A stretch of DNA of 64,000 bases. Source: Vicinamibacteria bacterium. Its GTDB lineage: Bacteria > Acidobacteriota > Vicinamibacteria > Marinacidobacterales > Marinacidobacteraceae. The DNA lies in NCBI GenBank assembly GCA_963668695.2, contig CAXXLQ010000004.1, positions 928,001 through 992,000 on the forward strand, read 5' to 3'. Shown here piece by piece: positions 1 through 9,383 of the stretch. The translations under genes and the position numbers were made by a program. Under the pieces are notes generated by a model. It ran no database searches, was not told where the DNA came from, and saw nothing but the letters and a program-made list of their open reading frames with translations. The stretch's first letter is position 1. Each line of letters opens with the position of its first letter.

Positions 1-1
1 G

Positions 2-202
2 CCGAGCGACGAACGGATCCACGTCGGCCACACCGCCGCCATGGATCTCGTCCCCTACCAGTTGGACCCCGCCCGCCAGGCGCTCCGCCAGCCCCGCCAG
101 CGCATCCTGATCGCCGACGCCGTGGGACTTGGGAAGACCCTCGAAGCGGGGATCCTGGTCAGCCGAGTTCCTTCTGAGTTCCCTCTCTGCCCACATCAGT
201 GA
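2..202 (+). pseudogene. SNF2/RapA-type helicase fragment truncated just after the Walker A motif (5' part outside the window)
   Basis: Frame 2 reads MDLVPYQLDPARQALRQPRQRILIADAVGLGKTLEAGILVS (Q motif and motif I), then drifts into unrelated sequence and stops at 200-202. Confidence 0.75.
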
Positions 203-371
203 TACGTCCGCGGGCATTGCAATTGCTGAAGAGGGCGGGTAGAGAATATGGAACGTCACGATTGCCGACCGGGGTCGGCGCTCCCAGCCGTCCCCGTCGT
301 CTGGCGTTGACGGAGCGGTGGAAGCGCGTTCGTATGACGGAGCGTTGTTGGAGCGGATTTCGCGCTCCTAC

Positions 372-503
372 GCGATGCCGATCTGAGGCGCCCCACCGGG
401 GGAACTGACCGGCGTTCCGAGCCGGTGGCGATATCCGGGGGCAGGAAGATTGTGCATTCGCCCGCCTTGGGCGGGCGGTGCCGGTGTGAACACCGGCGGT
501 CCC
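372..503. repeat. Two REP-like palindromic units, the first carrying the 19-bp module
   Basis: GCCGATCTGAGGCG-CCCCACCGGGGGAACTG-ACCGGCGTTCC and CGCCCGCCTTGGGCGGGCG-GTGCCGGTGTGAACACCGGCGGTCC; related units recur at 2797, 4130-4672, 9262, 34195, 34345, 37770 and 58170. Confidence 0.7.
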
Positions 504-626
504 TGACTGGCAGGCCACCTTCCTTGGGTGGGCATGGCGCGGCTCTCTTCGCTGTTTCGTGAACTGCGGCCGAGGGGGCCGCACAACATTGGCGACGGTC
601 GAGGGGCGGGACGGGCCTGCCACCGA

Positions 627-1550
627 CTATCCGGTGCCCGCTTCCAAGACTCGCTTCAAGCCGGCCACGGCGGCCGCGTGGCGGCTGGCGCTCATGCGGC
701 CGAGGTTCAGGAGCTTCCACCGTACCGCCGGCAGATCCGCGATACCGGGTAATCCCAGCAGATTCCAGTGCGGCTTCCGGTTTTTCACCGAAATCAGGAA
801 ATCGCGGTCCTGGTCGGTCAGCCCGGCGTGGATGGCGGCCACGAGTTCCTCACGGGCGCCGATCAGCCTCTCGAACGGCACGGATCGTCGGGTCATGGGC
901 TCGAACTCGCCTTCATAGAGTTGGCGAATGTCCAGGCGGCGCGGTGCGAGAAGCTCGGCCATGGGCCGGTTGTGACTGATCAGATACACGAGAAAGGTCT
1001 TGACCAGTCGGCGACTGATCCCCTCGTTTTCCAGTAAAAGCGCAATGTCGAAGAGGTCCCGTGGATGTTGCCGGTCGAGGGCGGCGCACATCTTGCCCGC
1101 GTAGAGGTCGTCAAAGGACAGCAGCCGGTTCTCGCTGTAGCCGAGCACCTCCTCCACCGCGGCGGTCACGCGGCGCGTCTCCGGTGGCCAGACCGCACCG
1201 CGCATCACCGGAGAGGCTTCCACCTTGATGCGGTAACCAGCCAGAGTGAGCGTCAGTCGTAGGGCGTCAGGTCGATCTGGGGGTGGAAGGCCGCATTCCA
1301 GGGCCGGGATCGCCCGCTTCACCTCCTCGGCGATCCGAAGGAAACCGTTACGCGCGGCGCGCAGGGTTTCGGCCCGGGGCGACAGCGGCAGATACGCGAG
1401 ATCAATGTCCACCGAGAGACGCGGAAGGTCGCGCAGGAAGAGGTTGATCGCCGTTCCGCCCTTCAGCGCGAACTCCTCCCGACGTGCGACGAAGGGCAGC
1501 ACGCGGACGACCAGCGCCGCCTGACGGTGGAAGCGGTCGCGGTTATCCAT
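627..1550 (-). CDS. AbiEii-family nucleotidyltransferase toxin (type IV TA)
   Basis: ALKGGTAINLF, PRLSVDIDL, LYAGKMCAALDRQHPRDLFD motifs; overlaps the upstream AbiEi-like gene. Confidence 0.92.
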   Translation of the reverse strand: MDNRDRFHRQAALVVRVLPFVARREEFALKGGTAINLFLRDLPRLSVDIDLAYLPLSPRAETLRAARNGFLRIAEEVKRAIPALECGLPPPDRPDALRLTLTLAGYRIKVEASPVMRGAVWPPETRRVTAAVEEVLGYSENRLLSFDDLYAGKMCAALDRQHPRDLFDIALLLENEGISRRLVKTFLVYLISHNRPMAELLAPRRLDIRQLYEGEFEPMTRRSVPFERLIGAREELVAAIHAGLTDQDRDFLISVKNRKPHWNLLGLPGIADLPAVRWKLLNLGRMSASRHAAAVAGLKRVLEAGTG

Positions 1551-2343
1551 GCATCGCGGCGGGGACGGTGATCCCGTATCGGCTCACGAACCGGCCGCCC
1601 TTCGCCAGAACGAGCTTGCCGCGGCCGAGGTCGAAGTCGTCCGGCCGGAGCGGTCGAGCCCAGGGGTGTCCCTGCCGCTCGGCGAGCCAGAAGAAGAGGC
1701 GCCGGATCTTGACGCTGCGTGTGCGCTGCAGCAGGAGTTCGAGGCGTCGCGGCGAGAGATCCGAGAGACCTTCCAGAAAACGTTCGGCGCGCTCGAACGA
1801 CACGCTTTGAGGCACGTCCTTCAACAATTCGAACAGAGCGCGCTCGGGCGTCGAGATCCGGATGGTCCGAAACCCGTCTCCCCATGGCGCGGCGGTGATC
1901 AGGAAGAATGCGCGGGACCGCCCCTCGGCGTCGGAGTCAATCCCGGAGGCGGTGAGCCAGGCGGTGCTTCTTCGGCGGAACGTCTCCGGCAGGTCCAGCC
2001 GGTTCGCCCAAGGGGGCAGCGGATCGAGGCCGTGAAGCTGGATCGAACGTCGGCCCGAGAGGGGGAGTTCCGGTGCCCGTCCCTGCTCTTCCAGCGCGGT
2101 GGCTCCCCCCACGACCAGATCCGTCCCCATTCGCTCAAGGGAGCAGACAACGCCCTGCCAGACCAGGCGCGTCCCGGGACGCACATAGACCCCGGGGCGA
2201 ACGGACAGGAGTTGGCCGCTCTTGATCTGGTTGTCGAGCGCAGAAGTGCTCATGCCGGCCCGCAGGAGCCACCTCCGGGTAGCCACCAGACCATACGGAA
2301 CGAGGTCGAGCAACTCCGTGCGCCGCTTCACGTTGAGGGGCAT
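1543..2343 (-). CDS. AbiEi-family antitoxin / transcriptional regulator (type IV TA)
   Basis: N-terminal wHTH-like region (RPGVY), STPERALFELL, SVKIRRLFFWLAE, DLGRGK and C-terminal YGITVP; coupled to AbiEii. Confidence 0.9.
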   Translation of the reverse strand: MPLNVKRRTELLDLVPYGLVATRRWLLRAGMSTSALDNQIKSGQLLSVRPGVYVRPGTRLVWQGVVCSLERMGTDLVVGGATALEEQGRAPELPLSGRRSIQLHGLDPLPPWANRLDLPETFRRRSTAWLTASGIDSDAEGRSRAFFLITAAPWGDGFRTIRISTPERALFELLKDVPQSVSFERAERFLEGLSDLSPRRLELLLQRTRSVKIRRLFFWLAERQGHPWARPLRPDDFDLGRGKLVLAKGGRFVSRYGITVPAAMHG

Positions 2344-2425
2344 TGGTTTGATTATATTTGTTTATGCAGCGGTCATCGCCGCGTATCCATGTATTATTCA
2401 ACCCACAGGTCAACGCGCTACCGAG

Positions 2426-2788
2426 ATGCATCAGGACAGAACCAACGACATCGCTTCTCGTCTTCTTGAGGCCGTGACACAGGCGGCGGAGAGAGATCGG
2501 GTGGGCCTCTCGGCCGGTGCCTTCAGCAAGACGATGGACTTTCTAACGTCCCTTCCCGCCGAACTACCACGGCCAATCGTCGTCGTCGAATCGGAGGACG
2601 AGATCGGGTTGGATTGGGACGAAGGCGCGGAAAGCGTCGTGAGCCTGACGATCGACGACTCGGACCGGATCGGCTTTGCGGCGCTGTTCGGGCGGGAGCC
2701 TCTCTACGGACGTGCCGAATTCAGTGATGGACTCCCAGAAACGGTCCGTTACCTTCTGGCGCGCCTTTATCCGTCAACACGGCTCTGA
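2426..2788 (+). CDS. Hypothetical protein (120 aa)
   Basis: Protein-like acidic ORF (EDEIGLDWDE) starting MHQDRTND; start chosen at the ATG after the AT-rich intergenic region. Confidence 0.6.
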   Translation: MHQDRTNDIASRLLEAVTQAAERDRVGLSAGAFSKTMDFLTSLPAELPRPIVVVESEDEIGLDWDEGAESVVSLTIDDSDRIGFAALFGREPLYGRAEFSDGLPETVRYLLARLYPSTRL

Positions 2789-2915
2789 GGACGATTTCGC
2801 CCGCCTGCGTCGGGCGGTGCCTGTGTGAACACCGGCGTTCCCGGGCTGGTGAGGCCAGGCGGGCGCGGGTAGTAGAGTGGGATATCGGCCGGGTCGGGTC
2901 CGGCCGATGTGCGAC

Positions 2916-3170
2916 ATGACCACTGTCACCATAACCGTGCCGGAGGATCTGGCGAGCGACTTCAGGGACGCCGGTCTCCTCGCTCCAGAGGCCGCTGAGG
3001 CGATTGAGGCCATCTTGCGGGACAGCCTGCGGCGCTACATGGTCGGAGACGTGATCCGCACTGCCGACCGACTGCTCATTCCCAAGGGACCGCCGCCGAC
3101 GCTGGAAGAGATCCAGGAGGAAGTGAAGGCCGTCCGCGCGGAGATGCGCCAGCGTACGGCTGGTTCTTGA
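2916..3170 (+). CDS. Putative antitoxin with ribbon-helix-helix-like N-terminus
   Basis: MTTVTITVPEDLA start, C-terminal TLEEIQEEVKAVR, overlaps a PIN-domain reading frame. Confidence 0.7.
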   Translation: MTTVTITVPEDLASDFRDAGLLAPEAAEAIEAILRDSLRRYMVGDVIRTADRLLIPKGPPPTLEEIQEEVKAVRAEMRQRTAGS

Positions 3171-3310
3171 CACGAACGTCGTCGTCTCGGCGCTGATCGC
3201 TCGCGGCGTCCCGCGGGAACTGTTCTTGCTCGGCGAGAACAAGGAAGTGCATCTCTTCAGCAGCGAACGGCTTCTTCTTGAAGTCGCGGGAGTGCTGCGG
3301 CGCGAGAACG
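3154..3310 (+). pseudogene. Truncated PIN-domain toxin
   Basis: Reads VRLVLDTNVVVSALIARGVPRELF...SSERLLLEVAGVLRR, then loses PIN similarity where the convergent small gene ends. Confidence 0.7.
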
Positions 3311-3523
3311 CAGGTCAGGCAGGCACCAGTGACATCCGGCGGTGTCCCGTTTCCCGATGCGCTTGGCCTCCGCTACCGCATCCGCGAGCTTGAACGGACC
3401 GAGCCAGCGATTGTCAGGGAGCCGCGATTTCTTCACGCCCCTCCCGTGGTTGCAGTAGGGGCAGAAGCCTTGGTGGATACGTGCCCAATTGGTCGGGTCG
3501 TCCACGTACAACCAGTAGTCCAT
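3257..3523 (-). CDS. Small Cys/His-rich hypothetical protein, possible metal-binding
   Basis: MDYWLYVDDPTNWARIHQGFCPYCNHGRG...RWLGPF...GCHWC; two CxxC pairs. Confidence 0.55.
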   Translation of the reverse strand: MDYWLYVDDPTNWARIHQGFCPYCNHGRGVKKSRLPDNRWLGPFKLADAVAEAKRIGKRDTAGCHWCLPDLRSRAAALPRLQEEAVRC

Positions 3524-3539
3524 CGCCGGACCAACCACG

Positions 3540-4010
3540 CTAGCACCCCCGGAACGCCGCTTCCACCTGGGGGATATCGATCTTGTTCATCCCCATCATC
3601 GCCTGAAAGGCGCGCCCGGCGGCGGCCTGGTCGTCGGACATCAGACTGTCGATCAGCGCGCGCGGCACGATCTGCCAGGAGACCCCCCAGCGGTCCGTGA
3701 GCCACGAACACCGGCCCTCTTTCCCGCCGCCTCTGATCAGTGCGCTCCAGAGCCGGTCGGTCTCCGCCTGATCCTCGGTAACCACCGATATCGAGACTGC
3801 CGGCGACTGGGAGACCTCCGGGCCGCCGTTGAGGATCTGGTAGGGCGCGCCGCCGAGGGTGAAGTCCAGGACGAGCGCGGGCCCGTCCGGATCGGGCCGG
3901 TAGCTGGACTCGATGTGACTATCGGGGAGCAGGGTGACGTAGAACCGGGCGGCTTCCTCGCCGCCTTTTTCGAACCAGAGACAGGTGCGGACTTTGTTTT
4001 CGGCGTTCAT
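3540..4010 (-). CDS. VOC family protein (PhnB / 3-demethylubiquinone-9 3-methyltransferase-like)
   Basis: KVRTCLWF, EEAARFY, LNGGP, CSWLTDRWGVSWQIVP, AMMGMNKIDI. Confidence 0.9.
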   Translation of the reverse strand: MNAENKVRTCLWFEKGGEEAARFYVTLLPDSHIESSYRPDPDGPALVLDFTLGGAPYQILNGGPEVSQSPAVSISVVTEDQAETDRLWSALIRGGGKEGRCSWLTDRWGVSWQIVPRALIDSLMSDDQAAAGRAFQAMMGMNKIDIPQVEAAFRGC

Positions 4011-4129
4011 GAGGGGGGTCGGAGGGTTGAGAGGTGGAGAGTGAATTGGGGCGGCGGATCGTAGTGCGGTCGTGTCGTTCCGACAGGCTCTTTCGGACAG
4101 CACCATCCAGGCAAACAGTTCTTCGCGGT

Positions 4130-4672
4130 TCCGCCCGCCTCCGGCGGGCGGTGCCGACCCCCACTGGGAGAACTGGCCAGAGGTCGGCGGTCCAGGCCGT
4201 CCCCGCGCTTTTTTCGCGGCTGGCGGTGCGCGGTTTCGACCGCCTCTCGGCGGTCGATGCCGGTCGGAGACCGGCGCTCCGCTGTCGCGCGCGCTCCACG
4301 CGGTTCGGGGGTACGCGGTTCCCGGGCCTGCGCGCCACCCTGTCCTCCGGGGTACGCGCCGAGAAAGGAGCCATCCCGACGGTCAGGGTCCACGCCGCCG
4401 CGGCCCTGCGGGCCGCTGTGCCGGGCCACCGGGAGAACTGCCCGGAGGTCGGCGTTCCAAGCCGTCCCCGCGCTTTTGCTCAGTCGGCGGTACGCGGTTT
4501 CGACCGCCTCTCGGCGGTCGATGCCGGTCGGAGACCGGCGCTCCGCTGTCGCGCGCGCTCCACGCGGTTCGGGGGTACGCGGGGTTTCAAGCCGTCCCCG
4601 CGATTCTTCTCGCTCGGCGGTACGCCCTCCGCGGCGCTACGCGCCGCGGTGCCGGTGTGAACACCGGCGGCC
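4130..4672. repeat. Cluster of REP-like palindromes (BIME-like) including a ~89-bp direct repeat
   Basis: GCGGTTTCGACCGCCTCTCGGCGGTCGATGCCGGTCGGAGACCGGCGCTCC...GGGGGTACGCGG at ~4230 and ~4494; GCCGA/GGTCGGCG hairpins carrying the 19-bp module at 4157 and 4426. Confidence 0.8.
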
Positions 4673-4751
4673 GATTTGAAGGCCGACCTTCCCTGTCTCC
4701 GGGGCCGCGATGCCAGTCCGGAAACCGACGTTTCTGCTCCGTACCCTCTGC

Positions 4752-4955
4752 TAGCAGCCTGTGGTGAAACCCACGTGAGCGCCGAGGCTGGCCAGTTCTC
4801 CCGGTGGGGGCGAGGCGCCCGGCTGACAAGGCGCGTGAGGGAGGAATACCTGGTGTATTTCGACCGAAACGCAACGCAGAACGGAGCGAAGCGGAGTGGT
4901 TCAGCCGGGATGGATCGCCGGTCGAACGCCGCGTGGGTTTTGCCACAGGCTGCTA
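4752..4955. mobile_element. MITE-like element, copy 1
   Basis: Ends TAGCAGCCTGTGG...CCACAGGCTGCTA (terminal inverted repeats flanked by TA); conserved core GGCTGACAAGGCGCGTGAGGGAGGAATACCTGGTGTATTTCGACCGAAACGCAACG. Confidence 0.85.
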
Positions 4956-5021
4956 GAGTCGCCGCCCCAAGGCTCGGACCTCTGGCGCAGCGCGTAGCCG
5001 ACACCGTGCCGGCGCCCCTGC

Positions 5022-5960
5022 TTGTCTCTCCTCGCCTGCGTTTTCGCCGCCCTCGGGTTCGTCGGACTGACCTTCGGCGCGAACTGGCTCGTGGACGGGG
5101 CTTCGGGCCTCGCGCGCCGGTTCCGCATCAGCCCCCTGGTGATCGGGCTCACCGTCGTCGCCTACGGAACCTCGGCGCCCGAAATCGGCGCCAGCCTGGT
5201 GGCTGTGCTCCGGGGTAGTCCGGGACTCGCGGTCGGGAACGTCATCGGAAGCAACGCGGCCAATCTCGGACTCATCCTCGGGATTACGGCGGTTCTGACT
5301 CCCTTTGCGGTGCCGCGGGGGGTGCTGCGCCGGGAGTTCTGGTTCATGCTCGCCGCCACCTGCCTCCTGTGGCCGCTCGCGCTCCACGGGGTGGTTTCCC
5401 GGCCGGTCGGATTTGTGCTCGTCGCGCTGCTCGCGCTGTTCAACATCCTTTCCATCCGCTGGAGCCGGCACGAGGCGGAGGCGGGCACCGGCGCGGACGA
5501 GCGCGACGGCGCGCCTCCCCTTAGTCGGAGCCTGGCGGGAACGGTCGCCGGACTCGTCACGCTCCTCGTGGGCGCCGAACTTCTGGTGCGGGGCGCCACC
5601 GATATCGCCCTCGCGCTCGGAGCCTCCGAGATCACCATCGGCTTCACGCTGGTGGCGGTGGGAACCTCGCTGCCCGAACTGGCGACGTGTGTGGCTGCCG
5701 CCCGGCGCGGGCAGATCCAGATCGTCGCCGGCAACGTGATCGGAAGCAACCTCTTCAACGTGTTGGGTGCGCTCGGGGTTTCGGCGTGCTTCGTGCCGGT
5801 CGCGATCGAATCGCGCCTCGCGACCGCCGAAGTGCCGGGGGTGGTGCTGCTCACCCTGCTGGCCGGGTTTTTCATGCTGACCGGCCGGCGCCTGGCCCGG
5901 ATCGAGGGCGCGATCCTGCTCGCCGGCTACGCCGGTTATCTGGCCTTCGTCGTGCTCTGA
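5022..5960 (+). CDS. Calcium/sodium antiporter (YrbG / CaCA family)
   Basis: Two alpha repeats GTSAPE / GTSLPE with GNVIGSN; about 10 TM segments. Confidence 0.92.
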   Translation: MSLLACVFAALGFVGLTFGANWLVDGASGLARRFRISPLVIGLTVVAYGTSAPEIGASLVAVLRGSPGLAVGNVIGSNAANLGLILGITAVLTPFAVPRGVLRREFWFMLAATCLLWPLALHGVVSRPVGFVLVALLALFNILSIRWSRHEAEAGTGADERDGAPPLSRSLAGTVAGLVTLLVGAELLVRGATDIALALGASEITIGFTLVAVGTSLPELATCVAAARRGQIQIVAGNVIGSNLFNVLGALGVSACFVPVAIESRLATAEVPGVVLLTLLAGFFMLTGRRLARIEGAILLAGYAGYLAFVVL

Positions 5961-5964
5961 ACCC

Positions 5965-6975
5965 ATGTCCCAAGGTTCCACTCCCCGCCCGCAGCCGGTA
6001 GTGGCGTTTTGTGAACGCCCCCCCGACGGAGTGCGCCAGATCGCGACCCAGGCGCTCTCGGGGTTCGCGCTCAGGATTCCCGAAGACGACGCGCGCCCTG
6101 CGATCGAAGCGGCCATTCGGGACAGCGATGTCCTGATCGCCAGGAAACGGCCCCTCGGAGCCCGGGAACTGGACTGTGCGAAACCATCGCTCTTGGTCGC
6201 ACTCGGAAGAAATCCGATTCCGGTGAGCCTGCGGGCGGCCCGGAGCCGGGGGATTCCGGTGCTTCCGATTCCCCATCCCGGCGCGATCGCGGTCGCCGAC
6301 CACGCGCTTGGGCTGCTCCTGGCGGTGGCCCGGCGCATCGTGGAAGGCGACCACGGGGTCCGGGCCGGCGCCTACCGGGAAAGGGGTCTCGAACCGCAGG
6401 TCACCACCGAACGCCTCTTCGCCTTCAACTGGCTGGGCCGGAAGGACGCCTTCATCCTCGACGGCCTCCAGTTGGGGCTCGTCGGGTTCGGCGCCATCGG
6501 CCAGGAGGTCGCCCGCCGCGCCGCCGGTTTCGGGATGCGGATCCGGTACTTCCAGCGGCATCCGCTGCCCGCCGCCTGGAACCGCCGGCTCGGTGCGGAA
6601 CCCGCGGCATCGCTCGAAGACCTGCTCACGCACGCCGATGTCCTGAGCCTCCACATTCCCCACACCCCCGAAACCGAAAACCTGCTGGACGGTCCGACGC
6701 TCGACCGGATGAAGCCGGGAGCGATCCTCGTGAATACCGCCCGCGGCGGGCTGGTGGACGAAGCCGCGCTGGCGGAGCGGCTCCGGGACGGGAGGCTCGG
6801 CGGCGCCGGGCTCGACGTGTTCCGGGAGGAACCCCTGCCCGCCGGCCATCCGTTCGTGGACGCCCCGCGCCTGGTGCTCGCCCCGCACACCGGGGGGGCC
6901 GGCGCGGGCGGCCAGCGGGAGCTCTTCGTCCGCGTCGCCGCCGCGATCCGCAACCATGCCGCCCGAGCGGCCTGA
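5965..6975 (+). CDS. D-isomer-specific 2-hydroxyacid dehydrogenase
   Basis: GLVGFGAIG, LVNTARGGLVDE, LDVFREEP, LAPHTGG. Confidence 0.92.
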   Translation: MSQGSTPRPQPVVAFCERPPDGVRQIATQALSGFALRIPEDDARPAIEAAIRDSDVLIARKRPLGARELDCAKPSLLVALGRNPIPVSLRAARSRGIPVLPIPHPGAIAVADHALGLLLAVARRIVEGDHGVRAGAYRERGLEPQVTTERLFAFNWLGRKDAFILDGLQLGLVGFGAIGQEVARRAAGFGMRIRYFQRHPLPAAWNRRLGAEPAASLEDLLTHADVLSLHIPHTPETENLLDGPTLDRMKPGAILVNTARGGLVDEAALAERLRDGRLGGAGLDVFREEPLPAGHPFVDAPRLVLAPHTGGAGAGGQRELFVRVAAAIRNHAARAA

Positions 6976-7000
6976 AAACAGGAAGGAAAGCAATCCCAAC

Positions 7001-8041
7001 ATGACGAAACAAGATCAGGACGTCTCGGTCGGCCCGGTTCGCTGTATCCCCGGCGGCTGCGCTACCGGCTTCGTTCCGGCCGTCCACCGGGTGGACGGGA
7101 CTCCTCTCGGGTTTCCGGTGCTGATCGCGAACGGCGTCCGACCCGGGCCGGTGCTGCTGATTGACGGCGGCATCCACGGTGACGAACAGGAGGGGACGCT
7201 CGCGGTCGCCGAGTTCGTCCGGGAGCTGGACCCGAACGCCCTCACCGGCGCGGTGGTCGCGGTTCCGCTGATGAACGTGGGGGCGTTCGAGGCCATGGCC
7301 CGCGGCAACCCCCGCGACACGCATTCCCACGACATGAACCGGATCTACCCGGGAAACGCGACGGGATACCTCACCGACCGGATCGCCGCGACCCATGCCG
7401 AAACCGCGGCTGCCGTCGCCGACATCGAGATCACCTTTCATTCCGGCGGCACCATTTGCTACCTCGGCGAAACGATCTTCACCACCTCGGAAGACCCGCT
7501 GGGGCTGGAACTCGCTCAGGCGATGGGGCCGGACTGGACCATCGTGCTGGATACGCCGCACCCGGCCGGTTCCCCGATGGCGGCGATGACGCTCGCGGGC
7601 AAACCCGCGATCACGGTGGAGCTCGGCGGCGGCGCCGGAACCATGCCAAACCAGTTCCGCGCCAACGTGGACATCCTGAAACGCGCCATCGGCAACGTCT
7701 GCCGCCACTACGGCATGCTGGAAGGCGAAGCCCGCTACGCGCCGCGCCTCTGGCGGGGTCGTCAGAGCGTGGTACGGGCGAGTGCGAGCGGGATCCTCAG
7801 CCCGGCGGCCGGGCAGGCGGGGGACCACCTGAAGCAACCCATCCGCGCCGGGCAGCCGCTGCTCCGCATCCATGACCTGCTCGGCAACCCGGTCGAGGAT
7901 CTGAACGCGCCCTGCGACGGCGTGCTGTTCGGTTTCCGCACCCATCCTTCGACAACGGCCGGTGACTGGGCCCTCTTCTGCGGCGACGCGGAATTCGTGG
8001 AGGTCGCCCCCCCCCCAACAGCGGAAGCCAAAGCCGCGTGA
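7001..8041 (+). CDS. Succinylglutamate desuccinylase / aspartoacylase family protein (M14-like deacylase)
   Basis: GGIHGDEQEG, DMNRIYPG, TFHSGG, ITVELGGG, C-terminal biotinyl-like domain. Confidence 0.88.
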   Translation: MTKQDQDVSVGPVRCIPGGCATGFVPAVHRVDGTPLGFPVLIANGVRPGPVLLIDGGIHGDEQEGTLAVAEFVRELDPNALTGAVVAVPLMNVGAFEAMARGNPRDTHSHDMNRIYPGNATGYLTDRIAATHAETAAAVADIEITFHSGGTICYLGETIFTTSEDPLGLELAQAMGPDWTIVLDTPHPAGSPMAAMTLAGKPAITVELGGGAGTMPNQFRANVDILKRAIGNVCRHYGMLEGEARYAPRLWRGRQSVVRASASGILSPAAGQAGDHLKQPIRAGQPLLRIHDLLGNPVEDLNAPCDGVLFGFRTHPSTTAGDWALFCGDAEFVEVAPPPTAEAKAA

Positions 8042-8056
8042 GGCGGGGAGCATTCC

Positions 8057-9211
8057 GTGATCGCTCAGCCGCTCCTGCTGCTCGCCTTCCTGCTGCTGAT
8101 CATTGCCGCGGCCCGGCAGGCGGAGGAGCGCTATTCCGCGATCCAGAAGATCAGCTCCGCGGTCGTCTGCACCCTGCTCGGCATCCTGCTCGCCAATATC
8201 GGGCTCATTCCGCGCGGCGGCGAGTTCATGAGTTCGATCTCGCGCTACGCGATCCCCTACGCGATCGTGCTGTTCGTGCTCTCGACCCGGCTCGCCGACC
8301 TGAAAAGCGCGGGTCCCCGGATGATGGTGTGTTTCGGACTCGCGGGGTTCGGCACTTTCGTGGGGGCCTTCGTCTCCAGCCTGCTCTTCGCCGGGCTGCT
8401 GGGGCCGGAAACCTGGAAGCTCGGAGGAACATTCGCCGGAGCGTTCTGGGGCGGGGGGCTCAACTTCGCCGCGGTGGGCCAGGGGCTCGAGATGACCCCC
8501 AGCCTCTTCGCGGGGGCCTTCGTGGTGGACAACCTTTCGACGGTGCCCTGGATGCTCGGTCAGGTCGCGCTCGCTTCGGCGCTCGCCGGGGTTTTCCTCC
8601 GGCGGGCACTGCCGGATCCGGCCGACGCCGCGGGCGACGACTCCGAGGTGGACACCGACGCGCTCCGCCGCACCTGGACCGAGGGCTCGATTTCGATCAC
8701 CCATCTGGCGATCCTCGGGGCGATCCCGTTGCTCGCCCTGGTGGCCGCGGGCCTCTTCGCCCAGATCCTCCCCGGCGTGCCCGAGGTCCTGTGGTTGACC
8801 ACCATCGCGCTGATCCTGGGACAGGTGCCGGCGATCCAGCGGCTCCGGGGCCCCCCGATGCTCTCCTACTTCGCCCTCCACCTCTTCTTCATCGTCATCG
8901 GCGCCGGCTCCGACGTGCGCGAGGTGGTGGCGGCGGGACCCTGGCTCTTCTTCTACATGATCCTGATCATCCTGATCCACGCGGCGGTCGTGTACGGGAT
9001 CGGGTGGCTCGCGCGCTTCGATCTGGCGACCGTGACGCTGGCCAGCCAGGCCGCCGTGGGCGGGCCCGGATCGGCGCTCGCGCTCGGGATGGCGCTCAAG
9101 TGGAAACATCGGATCGCCCCTGCGGTGATCGTGGGAATCTTTGGTTACGGGTTTGGCAACTACCTGGGTTTTGCCACCGCGTGGCTCCTGCGGGGGGTGC
9201 TGCCTTCGTGA
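8057..9211 (+). CDS. DUF819 family membrane protein (probable transporter)
   Basis: Polytopic; GAFWGGGLNFAAV, ASQAAVGGPGSA, GIFGYGFGNYLG. Confidence 0.85.
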   Translation: MIAQPLLLLAFLLLIIAAARQAEERYSAIQKISSAVVCTLLGILLANIGLIPRGGEFMSSISRYAIPYAIVLFVLSTRLADLKSAGPRMMVCFGLAGFGTFVGAFVSSLLFAGLLGPETWKLGGTFAGAFWGGGLNFAAVGQGLEMTPSLFAGAFVVDNLSTVPWMLGQVALASALAGVFLRRALPDPADAAGDDSEVDTDALRRTWTEGSISITHLAILGAIPLLALVAAGLFAQILPGVPEVLWLTTIALILGQVPAIQRLRGPPMLSYFALHLFFIVIGAGSDVREVVAAGPWLFFYMILIILIHAAVVYGIGWLARFDLATVTLASQAAVGGPGSALALGMALKWKHRIAPAVIVGIFGYGFGNYLGFATAWLLRGVLPS

Positions 9212-9377
9212 GCGCCAGTGCAGAGTTCTACGTTCGGCACTACGTAGGGCGACAGCGCTTCACCGCCTCGGTGGCCTGCGGCCACCGGTGCCGGTCTGAA
9301 GGCCCCCACCGGGAGAACTGGCGGCGTTCCCTTCACCTGGGTTTTGCCACCGCGTGGCTCCTGCGGGGGGTGCTGCC
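9162..9377. repeat. 43-bp direct duplication of the DUF819 3' end flanking a ~130-bp REP-containing insert
   Basis: ACCTGGGTTTTGCCACCGCGTGGCTCCTGCGGGGGGTGCTGCC at 9162-9204 and 9335-9377. Confidence 0.9.
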
Positions 9378-9383
9378 CGCCTG

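Noticed and set aside
4676-5218. ORFs containing RLTRRVREEYLVYFDRNAT or FRSKYTRYSSLTRLVS (also at 10190, 20700, 27010, 38962) as a transposase or gene family
   Set aside because: They are translations of the non-coding MITE core in various frames; no DDE or HUH motifs.
6626-9109. Long antisense or alternate-frame ORFs (6626-9109, 13474-14988, 36658-38988, 36720-39062, 41663-43693, 59924-61366)
   Set aside because: Shadow ORFs expected in high-GC DNA opposite or overlapping well-supported genes.
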